Shown in pieces: positions 1 through 10,008 of a DNA stretch of 64,000 nucleotides. Positions within the stretch are counted from its first letter, which is position 1, and each line of letters starts with the position of its first letter. Origin of the DNA: an uncultured Spirochaetota bacterium. GTDB lineage: Bacteria > Spirochaetota > Spirochaetia > SZUA-6 > Fen-1364. Under the pieces are notes generated by a model. That model did not search any database. It worked only from the letters and a program-made list of their open reading frames with translations, and was not told the DNA's origin. Position numbers and translations under genes: made by a program. The DNA is taken from positions 1-64,000 of the forward strand of contig CAVUXE010000099.1 in assembly GCA_963745235.1 (NCBI GenBank). The letters are read 5' to 3'.

Positions 1-1944
1 AGCGAGAGTTCGAAGTCTTCGTCCCCGGTCGGGTGTGCCTCCTTGGGGAGCATTCGGATTGGGCGGGGGGCCACAGGCGGATCAATTCCGCAATCGTTCC
101 CGGCTACGCAATCATCTGCGGCACCAACCAGGGGATTCGAGCGCGCGTCCATTCCCATCCCGACAGGCTGATCTTTCATTCCTCCCTGACCGCTGACGGA
201 ATGCGGCAGGAGTTCGACATCCCCATGCAAGCCGGATGCCCTGCTTGCGGAAGCAAAAAAAGGCGGCTTCTTCAGCTACGTTGCCGGCGTGGCATACCAG
301 GTCCTCACGCACAACACGGTGAAGGGCCTGGTGATAGACAACTACGCCACGGACTTGCCGGTGAAAAAGGGGTTGTCCTCCAGCGCCGCCGTGTGCGTGC
401 TCACCGCCCGGGCCTTCAACCTCGCATATGACCTGAAGATGACGGTGCGCGGTGAGATGGACTACGCCTACAGAGGTGAGATCACCACGCCGTCACGATG
501 CGGCAGGATGGACCAGGGCTGCGCGTACGGCTCGCGGCCCGTGATGATGGAGTTCGACGGAGACTCCCTGGATGTTTCCGAGCTTGCCTGCGGGGCGGAT
601 TTCCACTTCATCATCGCCGACCTCAAGGCCACCAAGGATACCGTCAAGATTCTTGCGGACTTGAACAAGGCGTTTCCATTCGCTGAGAACGACATCGAAC
701 GGGGCGTCCAGGAATACCTTGGCCGCATCAACCAGAGGATCCTTTCGGAGGCCGCAGAAGCTCTCCGGGCGGTGATGCGCAGCGTATCGGCGCTCTCATG
801 ACGGAGGCGCAGGCCAATTTCGACAAGTATGCGGGGCCCGCGTGTCCGGAGCAGCTTCGATCTCCGGTCCTTCACAAGGCGCTGTCCTTGCCAGCCCTTG
901 CCCCGCATGTGCATGGCGGAAAGGGCGTGGGCAGCCAGGGAGATGGCTCTGTTCAGTTCCTGGCGCGTGATGAGAAAAGCAGAGAAGAAGCCATCCGCAT
1001 CCTGGAAAAGGAGCTCGGGCTCTCCTGCTTGCGCCTGACGGTTCCCAAGAGCAAGAAGATACGCAAGGCGGTCATTACAGCAGCCGGCTACGGCACGAGG
1101 CTTTTCCCCATGACGGCCGCGGTACGCAAGGAGTTCCTCCCCGTCGTGGATCAAAAGGGCCGCATGCTTCCCCTTATCCTGGCGAACGTGGAAGAGGCCA
1201 TCGAGGCGGGCATAGAAGAAATCTGCATCATCATCCAGGAGCAGGACCGCAAGTTCTTCCAGGACTTCTTCGGGCAGAACATCAGTCCTGACCTCTACGA
1301 CAAGCTCTCAGCCCGGGCAAGAGAAAGCCTCTCCACCATCAAGGAGTTAGGCAGGAAGGTCGTGCTGCGGGCGCAGGAGGAGCAGAGGGGTCTTGGCCAT
1401 GCTGTCTACCAGGTCCGAGAGTGGGTCGGCAACGAGCCGTTCCTCCTGATCCTTGGTGATCATCTCTTTGTGCAGGAAGGGCGCAAAGGGGTGCGCACGG
1501 CAGCTGGTGGAAAGGTTCGAAGAGCTGGATACGGCGGTCATCGGGCTGCAGCCAACCGCGGAATCTGACGTCGGCAGGTTCGGGACCGTTGGAGGCGCAT
1601 GGGTTGACGGAGAGGACCGGCGGGACCTCATCGACATCGCCACGCTCAAGGAAAAACCGGCCGTTGAGTTTGCCGAAGAGTACCTAAGGATTGACGGCCT
1701 TCCCGAAAAGACCTATCTGACGGTCTTCGGGCTCTACCTTCTGACGCCGCGGGTCTTTCAAGAGCTTCAGAGAAGCATCCAGGAATGCGGAGGGGAGAGC
1801 CGGGAGATCGAGCTCACAAATGCGCTTGATGCGCTGCGTCGAAAGGAAAGGATTCTCGGGTTGATTATCGAAGGGCAGAAAGTCGATATCGGGCTCCCGT
1901 CGGGATACCTGGACGGCCTGCTGAAGTACGCGGGTCGCGCATGA
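1..1944 (+). CDS. Bifunctional GHMP-family sugar kinase / NDP-sugar pyrophosphorylase (GalU-like); 5' end at or just outside window; about 3 apparent frameshifts (~240, ~775, ~1480)
   Basis: Merged ORFs 33-431, 289-801, 798-1568, 1453-1944. GHMP motifs PGRVCLLGEHSDW, LPVKKGLSSSAA, CGRMDQ, GGKGVGSQGDG; then KAVITAAGYGTRLFP..KEFLP, QRGLGHAV, LGDH, EKP, EIELTNAL (GalU-like). Confidence 0.8.
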
Positions 1945-2657
1945 TCCTTGTAAAGCGCCGCCTGCGAGGCATCCCGTATGTGCAGAAATGGTTTGCGCAT
2001 GAATCTGCGCCTGCTGACGCGTTCAGCGTTGCAATCTACTACCAGTACCTCGGGGCCAGGAGGCCTGCATTCCTTCTCAGGCAGAGCTTCTCAGCGGTCC
2101 AGATAGATCTTTCGCGTGAGGAAGACGCGGTCCTGGCGGACATGCAGAAGAACGTCCGCTACAAGATCCGTCGGGCGGAGAAAGACGACCTGAGGTGGGA
2201 AGTCGAAGTTGCGCCGAAGGACTTCGCGGATTTCCATGAGGCGTTTGCCCACAAGAAGGGAATTGAGGGAGTGGACCCTGGCCGGCTCGAGTCGTTCGGC
2301 GCATCCCTGGTTCTCTCCCGTGTCGCGCTGGGCCCGCAGGTCCTGGCCCAGCACGCGCATCTTGTGGACACGGGGGAGAGCAGGGCGCGCATGCTCTATT
2401 CTTCTTCAGCCCGGTTCGATGGCGTTGACGCTTCCCTGGTCGGACGCGCGAACTGCTGGTCCCACTGGAAGGAAATGCTGCACTTCAAGGAGCTCGGGAT
2501 CCGCACGTACGACCTTGGAGGCATTGCCACGGACACAAAGGACCGGACCCTTTCGGGTATCAACGAGTTCAAGCTGGGATTCGGCGGAAAAGTCGTTCGC
2601 GAAGATCATTGGCTGTCTCCACTGTACTTCCTTGCATCTCTTGCAGGAACACGGTGA
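1941..2657 (+). CDS. FemAB/GNAT-like protein (peptidoglycan-bridge acyltransferase family)
   Basis: IDLS..EDAVLADMQKNVRYKIRRAEK, YDLGG, GINEFKLGFGG motifs; ATGA overlap with upstream gene. Confidence 0.7.
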   Translation: MILVKRRLRGIPYVQKWFAHESAPADAFSVAIYYQYLGARRPAFLLRQSFSAVQIDLSREEDAVLADMQKNVRYKIRRAEKDDLRWEVEVAPKDFADFHEAFAHKKGIEGVDPGRLESFGASLVLSRVALGPQVLAQHAHLVDTGESRARMLYSSSARFDGVDASLVGRANCWSHWKEMLHFKELGIRTYDLGGIATDTKDRTLSGINEFKLGFGGKVVREDHWLSPLYFLASLAGTR

Positions 2658-3810
2658 GCCCGGCCGTTCTCCTGATCAACAGCCTCGGCACTGGCGGCGC
2701 AGAGAGAGCGGTAGCCGCCGCGGCGGCCTGGCTGGCCACCCGTCATGAAATCAGAATTGTCTGCCTGGAGCGCCACAGCTCTCAGATGGCCCTGCCATCG
2801 AATATCCCGATCAGCTACCTTTCCAACCTGCACGAATCCTCCAGCGCCATCCTCAAGTTGATGGCTCTCCCTTTCCTCGCCTTCCGTCTCTCCTCCAGCT
2901 CTCTCCCGTTTCCGCGCAAGCGCCGTCATGAGCCATTTGTTCCGGGCCAACTTCGTCAACGCGCTGGCCCGCGTTCTGGCCGGCTCCCGGCACCGGGTGG
3001 TGCTCGTGAATCACACGCGGATCAGCCGGCTCGAGGACAGAGGGAATCCAAGGACGGATCAACTGGGCACTCTGTCGGCTGCTTTACCCGAGGGCAGACC
3101 TTGTGGCCAGCGTTTCCAAGGGTGCCACCGCGGAGTGCGCGCGCCTCCTGGGGCTGCCTCAGGGAAAGGCAATCACGCTCTACGATCCGATCCAAACAGC
3201 CGTCTCCAGCCTGCCTTTTGAGGGGAAGGCCAGACAGCGCTTCATTGCAGCGGTTGGGCGACTGGTCGCCTTGAAGCGGTTCGAAGATCTGATAGACGCG
3301 TTCAGCGCAATCGCCACGGACTTTCCCGGGCTGCAATTGAAGATTGTCGGAGACGGCCCGGAGAGACACCGCCTCGAGCAGCGGGCGGCAGCCTCAGGCG
3401 CCGCGAAACGGATTCACTTCCTGGGCCAGCGCGCGGAGCCGATGAAAGAGATCGCTGGATGCGACGCCTTCGTCTCGACTTCCGCGGTTGAAGGCTTTGG
3501 CATGGCGATCGTGGAGTCGCTTGGTGCAGGGGTCCCGGTCATATCCGCTGATTGTCCATATGGTCCGCGGGAGATCCTCGCTCCATCTACTGACAGCTCT
3601 GTTCTCCTGGGAGAGGGCGCCGATGTCGAGATTTCCGAGTATGGTATCCTCTATCCCGTGGGTTCGCTCAAGGCACTCAAGAAAGCCCTGGAGCTCATCC
3701 TGAACAATGCGGCTCTGAGAGAGGAGCTCGGCCGCAAGGGACCGGCCCGGGCGGCGGATTTCTCCGTGGAACGCTCTACAGCCGAATATGAGAGACTTCT
3801 CTTTGCGTAA
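2654..3810 (+). CDS. GT4 glycosyltransferase (PglJ-like); about 2 frameshifts (~2910, ~3050)
   Basis: INSLGTGGAER N-terminus, VGRLVALKRF, EGFGMAIVES, DCPYGPREIL; merged ORFs 2609-3274, 2928-3221, 3103-3810. Confidence 0.8.
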
Positions 3811-4933
3811 CAATCACATCGTTATTTCCTACAACACCTGCTGGTATGTGTACATGTTTCGGCTCTCCCTCATCCGAGCCCTGCTGCAAAAGGGGTGGAG
3901 GGTGACGGTCCTGGCCCCTCGTGACGAGTATTCGGACCGCGTGATGGAAACAGGAGCGGCGCACAGGGATATTGGCCTTGACCCGAAGGGCACAAATCCA
4001 CTGCGTGAGCTGGCCTCCATCGGAAAGCTCGTAGCCGCCTACCGGGATCTCTCCCCGGCAATCGTCCTCCAGTACACCATCAAGCCGGTCATTTACGGCT
4101 CCATTGCCGCCAGGGTCAGAGGCATTCCCGTCATAAACAACGTTACGGGACTGGGCACCATGTTCTCAGGCGGTCTGAAGGAGGCGCTGGTCCGGATTCT
4201 CTACAGGTTTGCCCTGTCGAAGGCGGACCTCACTCTTTTCCAGAACCCCGATGACCACGCGTTCTTCATCAAGGAGAAGATTGTCAGCGCGGATCGGACC
4301 GGGCTTCTTCCCGGGTCGGGAGTGGACTCGGTTCGCTATGCGCCCCAGCCCCGAGGCGAAGGCCCCTTCACTTTCCTGATGGCGGCGCGCCTGCTTCGTG
4401 CCAAGGGAGTGGAGGAGTACCTGGCCGCGGCTCGTGACATAAGGTCGCGGCACGCGGAGACGCGGTTTGTCCTTGCCGGAAGCTACGACCAGGAAGACAC
4501 CGAGTACGCGAATGCTGAGCTTCTTGCCTGCGCGTCACGTGACGGAATAATCGAACGCCATGATCACGTGGATGACATCAGGCCGCTCATGGCAAGCGCG
4601 GACTGCGTCGTGCTCCCATCGTACTACCGCGAAGGGGTCCCCCGTTCCCTCCTGGAGGCGGCAAGCATGGGCAAACCCCTGATTGCCGCGGACTCCGTAG
4701 GCACGCGGGAACCGGTCCGGGACGGCGTGAACGGCTTTCTCTGCAAGCCACGGGACTCCGCGGACCTTGCAAGGAAAATGGAAGCCATGATTGCGATGTC
4801 TTCCCTCCAGCGCGGTTCCATGGGCGCGGCGTCGCGGTCTTACATGATCCAGCGCTTTGACGAGAGGACGGTCATCCAGACGTACCTTGACGCAATAGAA
4901 CGGCTTGTCGGACACGCTGAAAAACAGCCATGA
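3788..4933 (+). CDS. GT4 glycosyltransferase (PglA/CapM-like)
   Basis: FRLSLIRAL, YTIKPVIYG, FQNPDD, PGSGVD, REGVPRSLLEA; start may be TTG ~3803. Confidence 0.85.
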   Translation: MRDFSLRNNHIVISYNTCWYVYMFRLSLIRALLQKGWRVTVLAPRDEYSDRVMETGAAHRDIGLDPKGTNPLRELASIGKLVAAYRDLSPAIVLQYTIKPVIYGSIAARVRGIPVINNVTGLGTMFSGGLKEALVRILYRFALSKADLTLFQNPDDHAFFIKEKIVSADRTGLLPGSGVDSVRYAPQPRGEGPFTFLMAARLLRAKGVEEYLAAARDIRSRHAETRFVLAGSYDQEDTEYANAELLACASRDGIIERHDHVDDIRPLMASADCVVLPSYYREGVPRSLLEAASMGKPLIAADSVGTREPVRDGVNGFLCKPRDSADLARKMEAMIAMSSLQRGSMGAASRSYMIQRFDERTVIQTYLDAIERLVGHAEKQP

Positions 4934-4949
4934 AAGTACTGGTCAGCCC

Positions 4950-5988
4950 ATGAGCACTCTTGTTACAGGAGCCGCCGGCTTCATTGGTTTTCATGTTTGC
5001 CGCAGGCTTGCAGCACGAGGAGCTGAGATTGTCGGGATCGACTCGATCAACGATTACTATGATCCCGCCCTCAAGTATGCCCGGCTGGCAGAGCTGGGAA
5101 TCTCCAAAGCCGCGGCGGATTCCTTGAAAGTGTCTGCCAGCGCCGATTCTTCCTTCCTTCCGCTTCCAGCGTTTGTCCATCGAAGACGCACAAGGCACGG
5201 AGGCGCTGTTTGGCCGGCATTCCTTCAGCTCGGTCATTCATCTGGCTGCCCAGGCCGGCGTGCGCTACAGTATCGAGAACCCGCGGGCATATGTGACGGC
5301 GAACATTGACGGCTTTCTCAGCATCCTGGAAGGGTGCCGCTCTGCTCACGCGCATCACCTGGTTTTCGCCTCCAGCTCTTCGGTGTACGGACTCTCCCGT
5401 CAAACCCCATTCAGCGAGCATGCGTCCGTTGACCAGCCGGTAAGCCTCTACGCCGCCACGAAGAGGTCAAACGAGCTGATGGCTCACGCATACAGTCACC
5501 TGTATGGGATTCCCTCGACGGGGCTGCGCTTCTTTACGGTTTACGGCCCGTGGGGCCGGCCTGACATGGCCTACTACAGGTTTGCGCGATCCATCATGGA
5601 GGGCGCGTCCATCGATCTTTACAACAATGGGGACCTGAAGCGGGATTTCACCTATATAGACGATGTCGTCAACGCCGTCGAAAGGGTGGTGGATTGTCCG
5701 CCTGCTTGGAAAGACCTCACGGCATCATCTGCGCCTTTTCGCATCTACAACATCGGCAACAGCAGCGCCGAGCCGCTTGGCAAGCTCGTTGCAGCCCTGG
5801 AGCGCTGCATCGGGAAGAAGGCGAATCGGCGTCTCCTGCCCATGCAGCCGGGAGATGTCTTCGTCACTGAAGCCGACGTATCCGACATGGCGCGGGACTT
5901 TGAGTGGAAACCATCCACTCCCCTTGATGAAGGGGTTGCCCGGTTTGTCGCGTGGTTCAAAGACTACAGCAGGAGCACGTCGAAGTGA
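4950..5988 (+). CDS. UDP-glucuronate 4-epimerase-like NAD-dependent epimerase; frameshift ~5160
   Basis: GAAGFIG, HLAAQAGVRYS, YAATK, RFFTVYGPWGRPDMA, MQPGDV motifs. Confidence 0.85.
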
Positions 5989-7066
5989 GGAAGTTCAAAT
6001 GCATCCTGGTCACCGGCGGAGCTGGATTCATCGGATCCAATTTCATCCGGTATCTGTTGGACACTGCTGCATTCGATGGCAAGGTGGTCACCCTGGATGC
6101 CCTCACGTATGCCGGCAACCGGGAGAATCTTGCCGATGTGGAGGCCCGGCACGGCGGGGATCCGCGCGGAGCTCGGCACACCTTCGTACAGGCTGATATC
6201 TGCGACAGGGCGGCCGTCGAATCAGTCTTTGCTGATTACGAACCGGATGCGGTGGTTCATTATGCCGCGGAAAGCCATGTCGACAGGTCTGTCGTCGGTC
6301 CTGAAGCGTTTGTCCGGACGAATGTCCTGGGGACATTCACGCTGCTCGATGTCGCGCGCCGCGCGTGGGAAGGCAAGACAGGGAAGCTTTTCCATCATGT
6401 GAGCACGGATGAGGTTTTCGGGTCTCTGGGCAAGACGGGGTTTTTCACCGAGCAGACCCGCTACGACCCTCGGTCTCCCTATTCCGCAAGCAAGGCGGGA
6501 AGCGATCACCTGGTCATGTCCTACCATCACACGTATGGCCTGCCGTGACTCTCTCCAACTGTTCGAACAATTACGGCCCGTATCAATTCCCCGAGAAGCT
6601 CATTCCCCTCATGATCCTGAACATGCTTGACGGCAAGCCTCTCCCCGTCTACGGGGACGGCGGCAACGTTCGGGATTGGCTCTACGTCGGTGATCACTCC
6701 ACAGCGGTCTGGAAGATCATGATGGACGGACGGGTAGGGGAAACATACAACATTGGAGGCAGGACCGAGTGGGAGAATATCCGCCTTGTCCGTGAGCTGT
6801 GTGCCACTGTGGCGCGTGCCACGGGGAGAGACGCGGCGGAGCTCGCAAAGCTGATAACGCACGTCAAGGACCGGCCTGGCCATGACAGGCGGTACGCAAT
6901 CGACTGCTCAAAGATCGAGCGGGAGCTGGGGTGGCGGCCGTCAGTGAGCTTTGAGCACGGACTGGAGCTCACGGTGCGCTGGTACCTTGATAACCCGCTG
7001 TGGGTCGAGCACGTTCGGTCAGGCGCTTACCGCGAGTGGATTTCTGAAAACTACGGGAAACGTTGA
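5985..7066 (+). CDS. rfbB: dTDP-glucose 4,6-dehydratase; frameshift ~6545
   Basis: GGAGFIGSN, DALTYAGN, AAESHVDRS, HVSTDEVFG, YSASK, SNNYGPYQFPEKLIP, DRPGHDRRY. Confidence 0.92.
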
Positions 7067-10008
7067 ATGGCTATCCTTGACACGTGCATCATCACGGCAT
7101 CAGACGACCGGCAGGCAGAAGTCTTCAGGAAGCTCCTGGACCGCCGGATCCAGCGCGGCTTGTATCCGAAGGAAATTGATTTCCGCGTGTATTCAGATCC
7201 TCCCGCCGGGCGCGCAGGATCAGGCGGCGGCACCATCTGGGCTCTCCTGACTCTACTCAGAGAGGAAGGGATGGCTCCGGCAGAAGAGGCAGCATCCCAG
7301 CTTTCTTCGCGGCGAATCCTCGTCATTCATGCCGGCGGTGAGTCCCGCAGGCTGCCCTGCTACGTTCCCGAGGGGAAGCTCTTTGCGCCCGTGCCTGCCC
7401 CCTCCAGCTCGTTCGTCCCGCCCGTTGTGCTGGACGTCGAGCTTTCGCTCTTCCTGCGGTATCCCTGGAGAGACGGCGAGCTCCTGGTCACCTCCGGCGA
7501 CGCCCTCGTTGACTTCAACACCGACCTTCTGAATCTGCCTGAGGGTCCTCTCTGCGGTTTCTCCGCTCCCGAATCTTTCCAACGGGGATCACGGCATGGT
7601 GTGTTCGCTTTTGACCCTGTCACGGGCGCGGTCCGCGACTATCATCAGAAAGCTTCGCCGGAGTTTCTTGCGCGTGAAGCACGGATCGAGGGCACCGAGT
7701 CCTGCGCCGTGGACCTGGGGCCGGTCTCTTTCCGCGGCCAGGCCCTCCGTGCACTCATTGCAAGCGCGGTTCAGCCCCTTCCCGGAGGAAGCATCGCGGA
7801 GCAGGTAGGCGAGGGGACGCTGCCTATAGATCTTTACCTGGAGCTTCTCACGGCATGTCTTGCGGGCCTGGACAAGAAGTCGTACCTGGCCAGGCTCAAG
7901 GGCCGGAGCTCCGCTTCAGCGGAGGTTCTTGAGGTTCTCTTCGAGGCCTTTCACCCCTGCGGGCTTTCCGGGGCCCTGGTCAAGCAGGCTTCTTTCATCC
8001 ATTTCGGAAGCATCGCGGAGTTCCCCCAAGCCTGTCGGGAGCTTCGCGCCGGCGGGCTTCTCCCGTTCTACGCCCTTGCCCATGAAGAGCTGGTCCCGGA
8101 AGCGGGTGCAAGCCTGGTCAGATTCAACTGTCTGGACGCGAAGATCGAGACGGGGTCCGGAGGCTCGTGCATAGAGGATTGCCGAAACGTCACAATCTCC
8201 TGTGAAGGTGAGAATCTGCTGGTTGGCCTCCGACGCCTGGCAATTGACGATGTGTTGCCGCGCGGATTCTGTATCGATGAACGAAGATTTGAAGAACAGG
8301 GAACGCCGGTGACCCTGCGGCTGGTCTACCACAGGGATGACTCGTTCAAGCCGCAGAAAGGTCCGGATTCCCTTGTTTTCTGCGGCCTGCCTTTGAAGGG
8401 GTGGCTGTCTGCACGGAATCTTTGCCTTGATGATGTTTTCCCTTCAGGGCTCCAGACTGGACCTCTATAAGGCGTTGCTGTTCCCTGCAGGAGCTGGCGC
8501 AGAGCAGCTGAAAGGCTACTGGCGGGTGCCTGCGGACAAAGCGGCGTGGGCCGCCTGGTTCCGTTCTTCCCGCAGGTACTGCATCGCCGACGCCAACGCT
8601 CTTACCGATGCAGCGGTCCGGGACCGCGAGCGGGCGGACGCCAGGCGGCATGAAATTTCCCGCGGCCTGGAAAAGGGAGGCTTCTTTGCCGTTCCCGCCT
8701 TGGAGATGGCGGAGCTGGTGGCGGATGGGTTGAACCCGTTGAACCTCGTCACTCGATGCTTGCAGACCGATGAGCCTCTCCTCAAAGCCTACAGGAGCGC
8801 CACGCTGAGGGCGGCGCACGTCAACGGCGTGCCTCCCGTGGACAGGGTGGAGGTACCGTTTGCGCCTCGCGCCGCGGGTGGGCCGCTTCGATGCGCGGTC
8901 AAGCTCGATCAGATTGTGTGGGCGCGCTCACCGGTCCGCCTGGACCTTGCGGGCGGCTGGACCGACACCCCCCCCTACACCAACCGATACGGCGGCGCGG
9001 TGCTGAATGTCGCAGTGGACCTGAACGGCCAGAGTCCCATCCAGGTCTTCGTGCGGCGGACGCCTGAGCCGCGCCTTACGCTGCATTCGATTGACCTTGG
9101 GGTCACGGAAGTCCTTGCTGATACCCGCGGCCTGCGCGCCTACAGGGACCCGGGAAGCCCGTTTGCGCTTCCCCGCGCCGCCCTTGTCCTGCTGGGTCTG
9201 GGCTCAGGGGAGCCTGACGGCGCACCCCTTGCGCCCGCCTTCGAAGCGGCAGGGGGCGGCATGGAGCTCACCCTTCTGTGCGCCGTTCCCAAGGGCTCAG
9301 GTCTCGGCACTTCATCCGTGCTTGCCGGAACCATTCTGGCCGCCCTCGAGCGCTTCTACGGCATGGCGGCGCCGCGGGAGGAGCTTTTCCTGCAGGTCCT
9401 GGAGATCGAGCAGATGCTTACAACGGGTGGCGGCTGGCAGGACCAGATCGGCGGCCTGGTGGGAGGCGTCAAGTACGTCGAGTCCCGGGCCGCCCTGAAG
9501 CCGCGGCCCGTCGTCCGCCAGCTGGATCCGTGGACATTCGAAAGTCCTGAGTGCACGGAGCGGATGACCCTGTTCTATACAGGCGTCACGAGGCTTGCAA
9601 AGGGCATCCTCAAAGACGTTGTAGATCGGGTCAACGGAATGGAAAGATCGTACCTCTTCACGCACAACCGCATCGCGGAGCTTGCAAAGGAGGGAAGCGA
9701 TGCAATCTCGCTCCGCGACCTGGCGGGGCTTTCCCGCGTGATCCGGGAGTCATTCAGGGAGAACATGTTCATTCACCAGAGCACCACGAACGAAGAGATA
9801 GAGGCGGTGATCCAGGCCACATCGCCTTTCTACTCCGGGAATGAAACTCCTCGGGGCCGGCGGGGGAGGGTTCGCGCTCTTTGTCTCTCCGGACGCACCG
9901 AAGGCCCGCCTGCTGCGGTCCCTCCTGGCGGAGCGCTTCGAGAACGAGAGGGCGCGGCTGGTGGATTTTTCCCTCAACAAGCGAGGGTTGGAAGTGACGG
10001 TCAGCTGA
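7067..10008 (+). CDS. fkp: Bifunctional L-fucose-1-P guanylyltransferase / L-fucokinase (Fkp-like); frameshifts ~8440 and ~9840
   Basis: N-terminal DPPAGRAGSGGGT and HAGGESRRLPCY..GKLF; C-terminal SPVRLDLAGGWTDTPPY, PKGSGLGTSS, TTGGGWQDQ. Shifted frame from 9841 reads MKLLGAGGGGF and stops at TGA 10006-10008. Confidence 0.8.
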
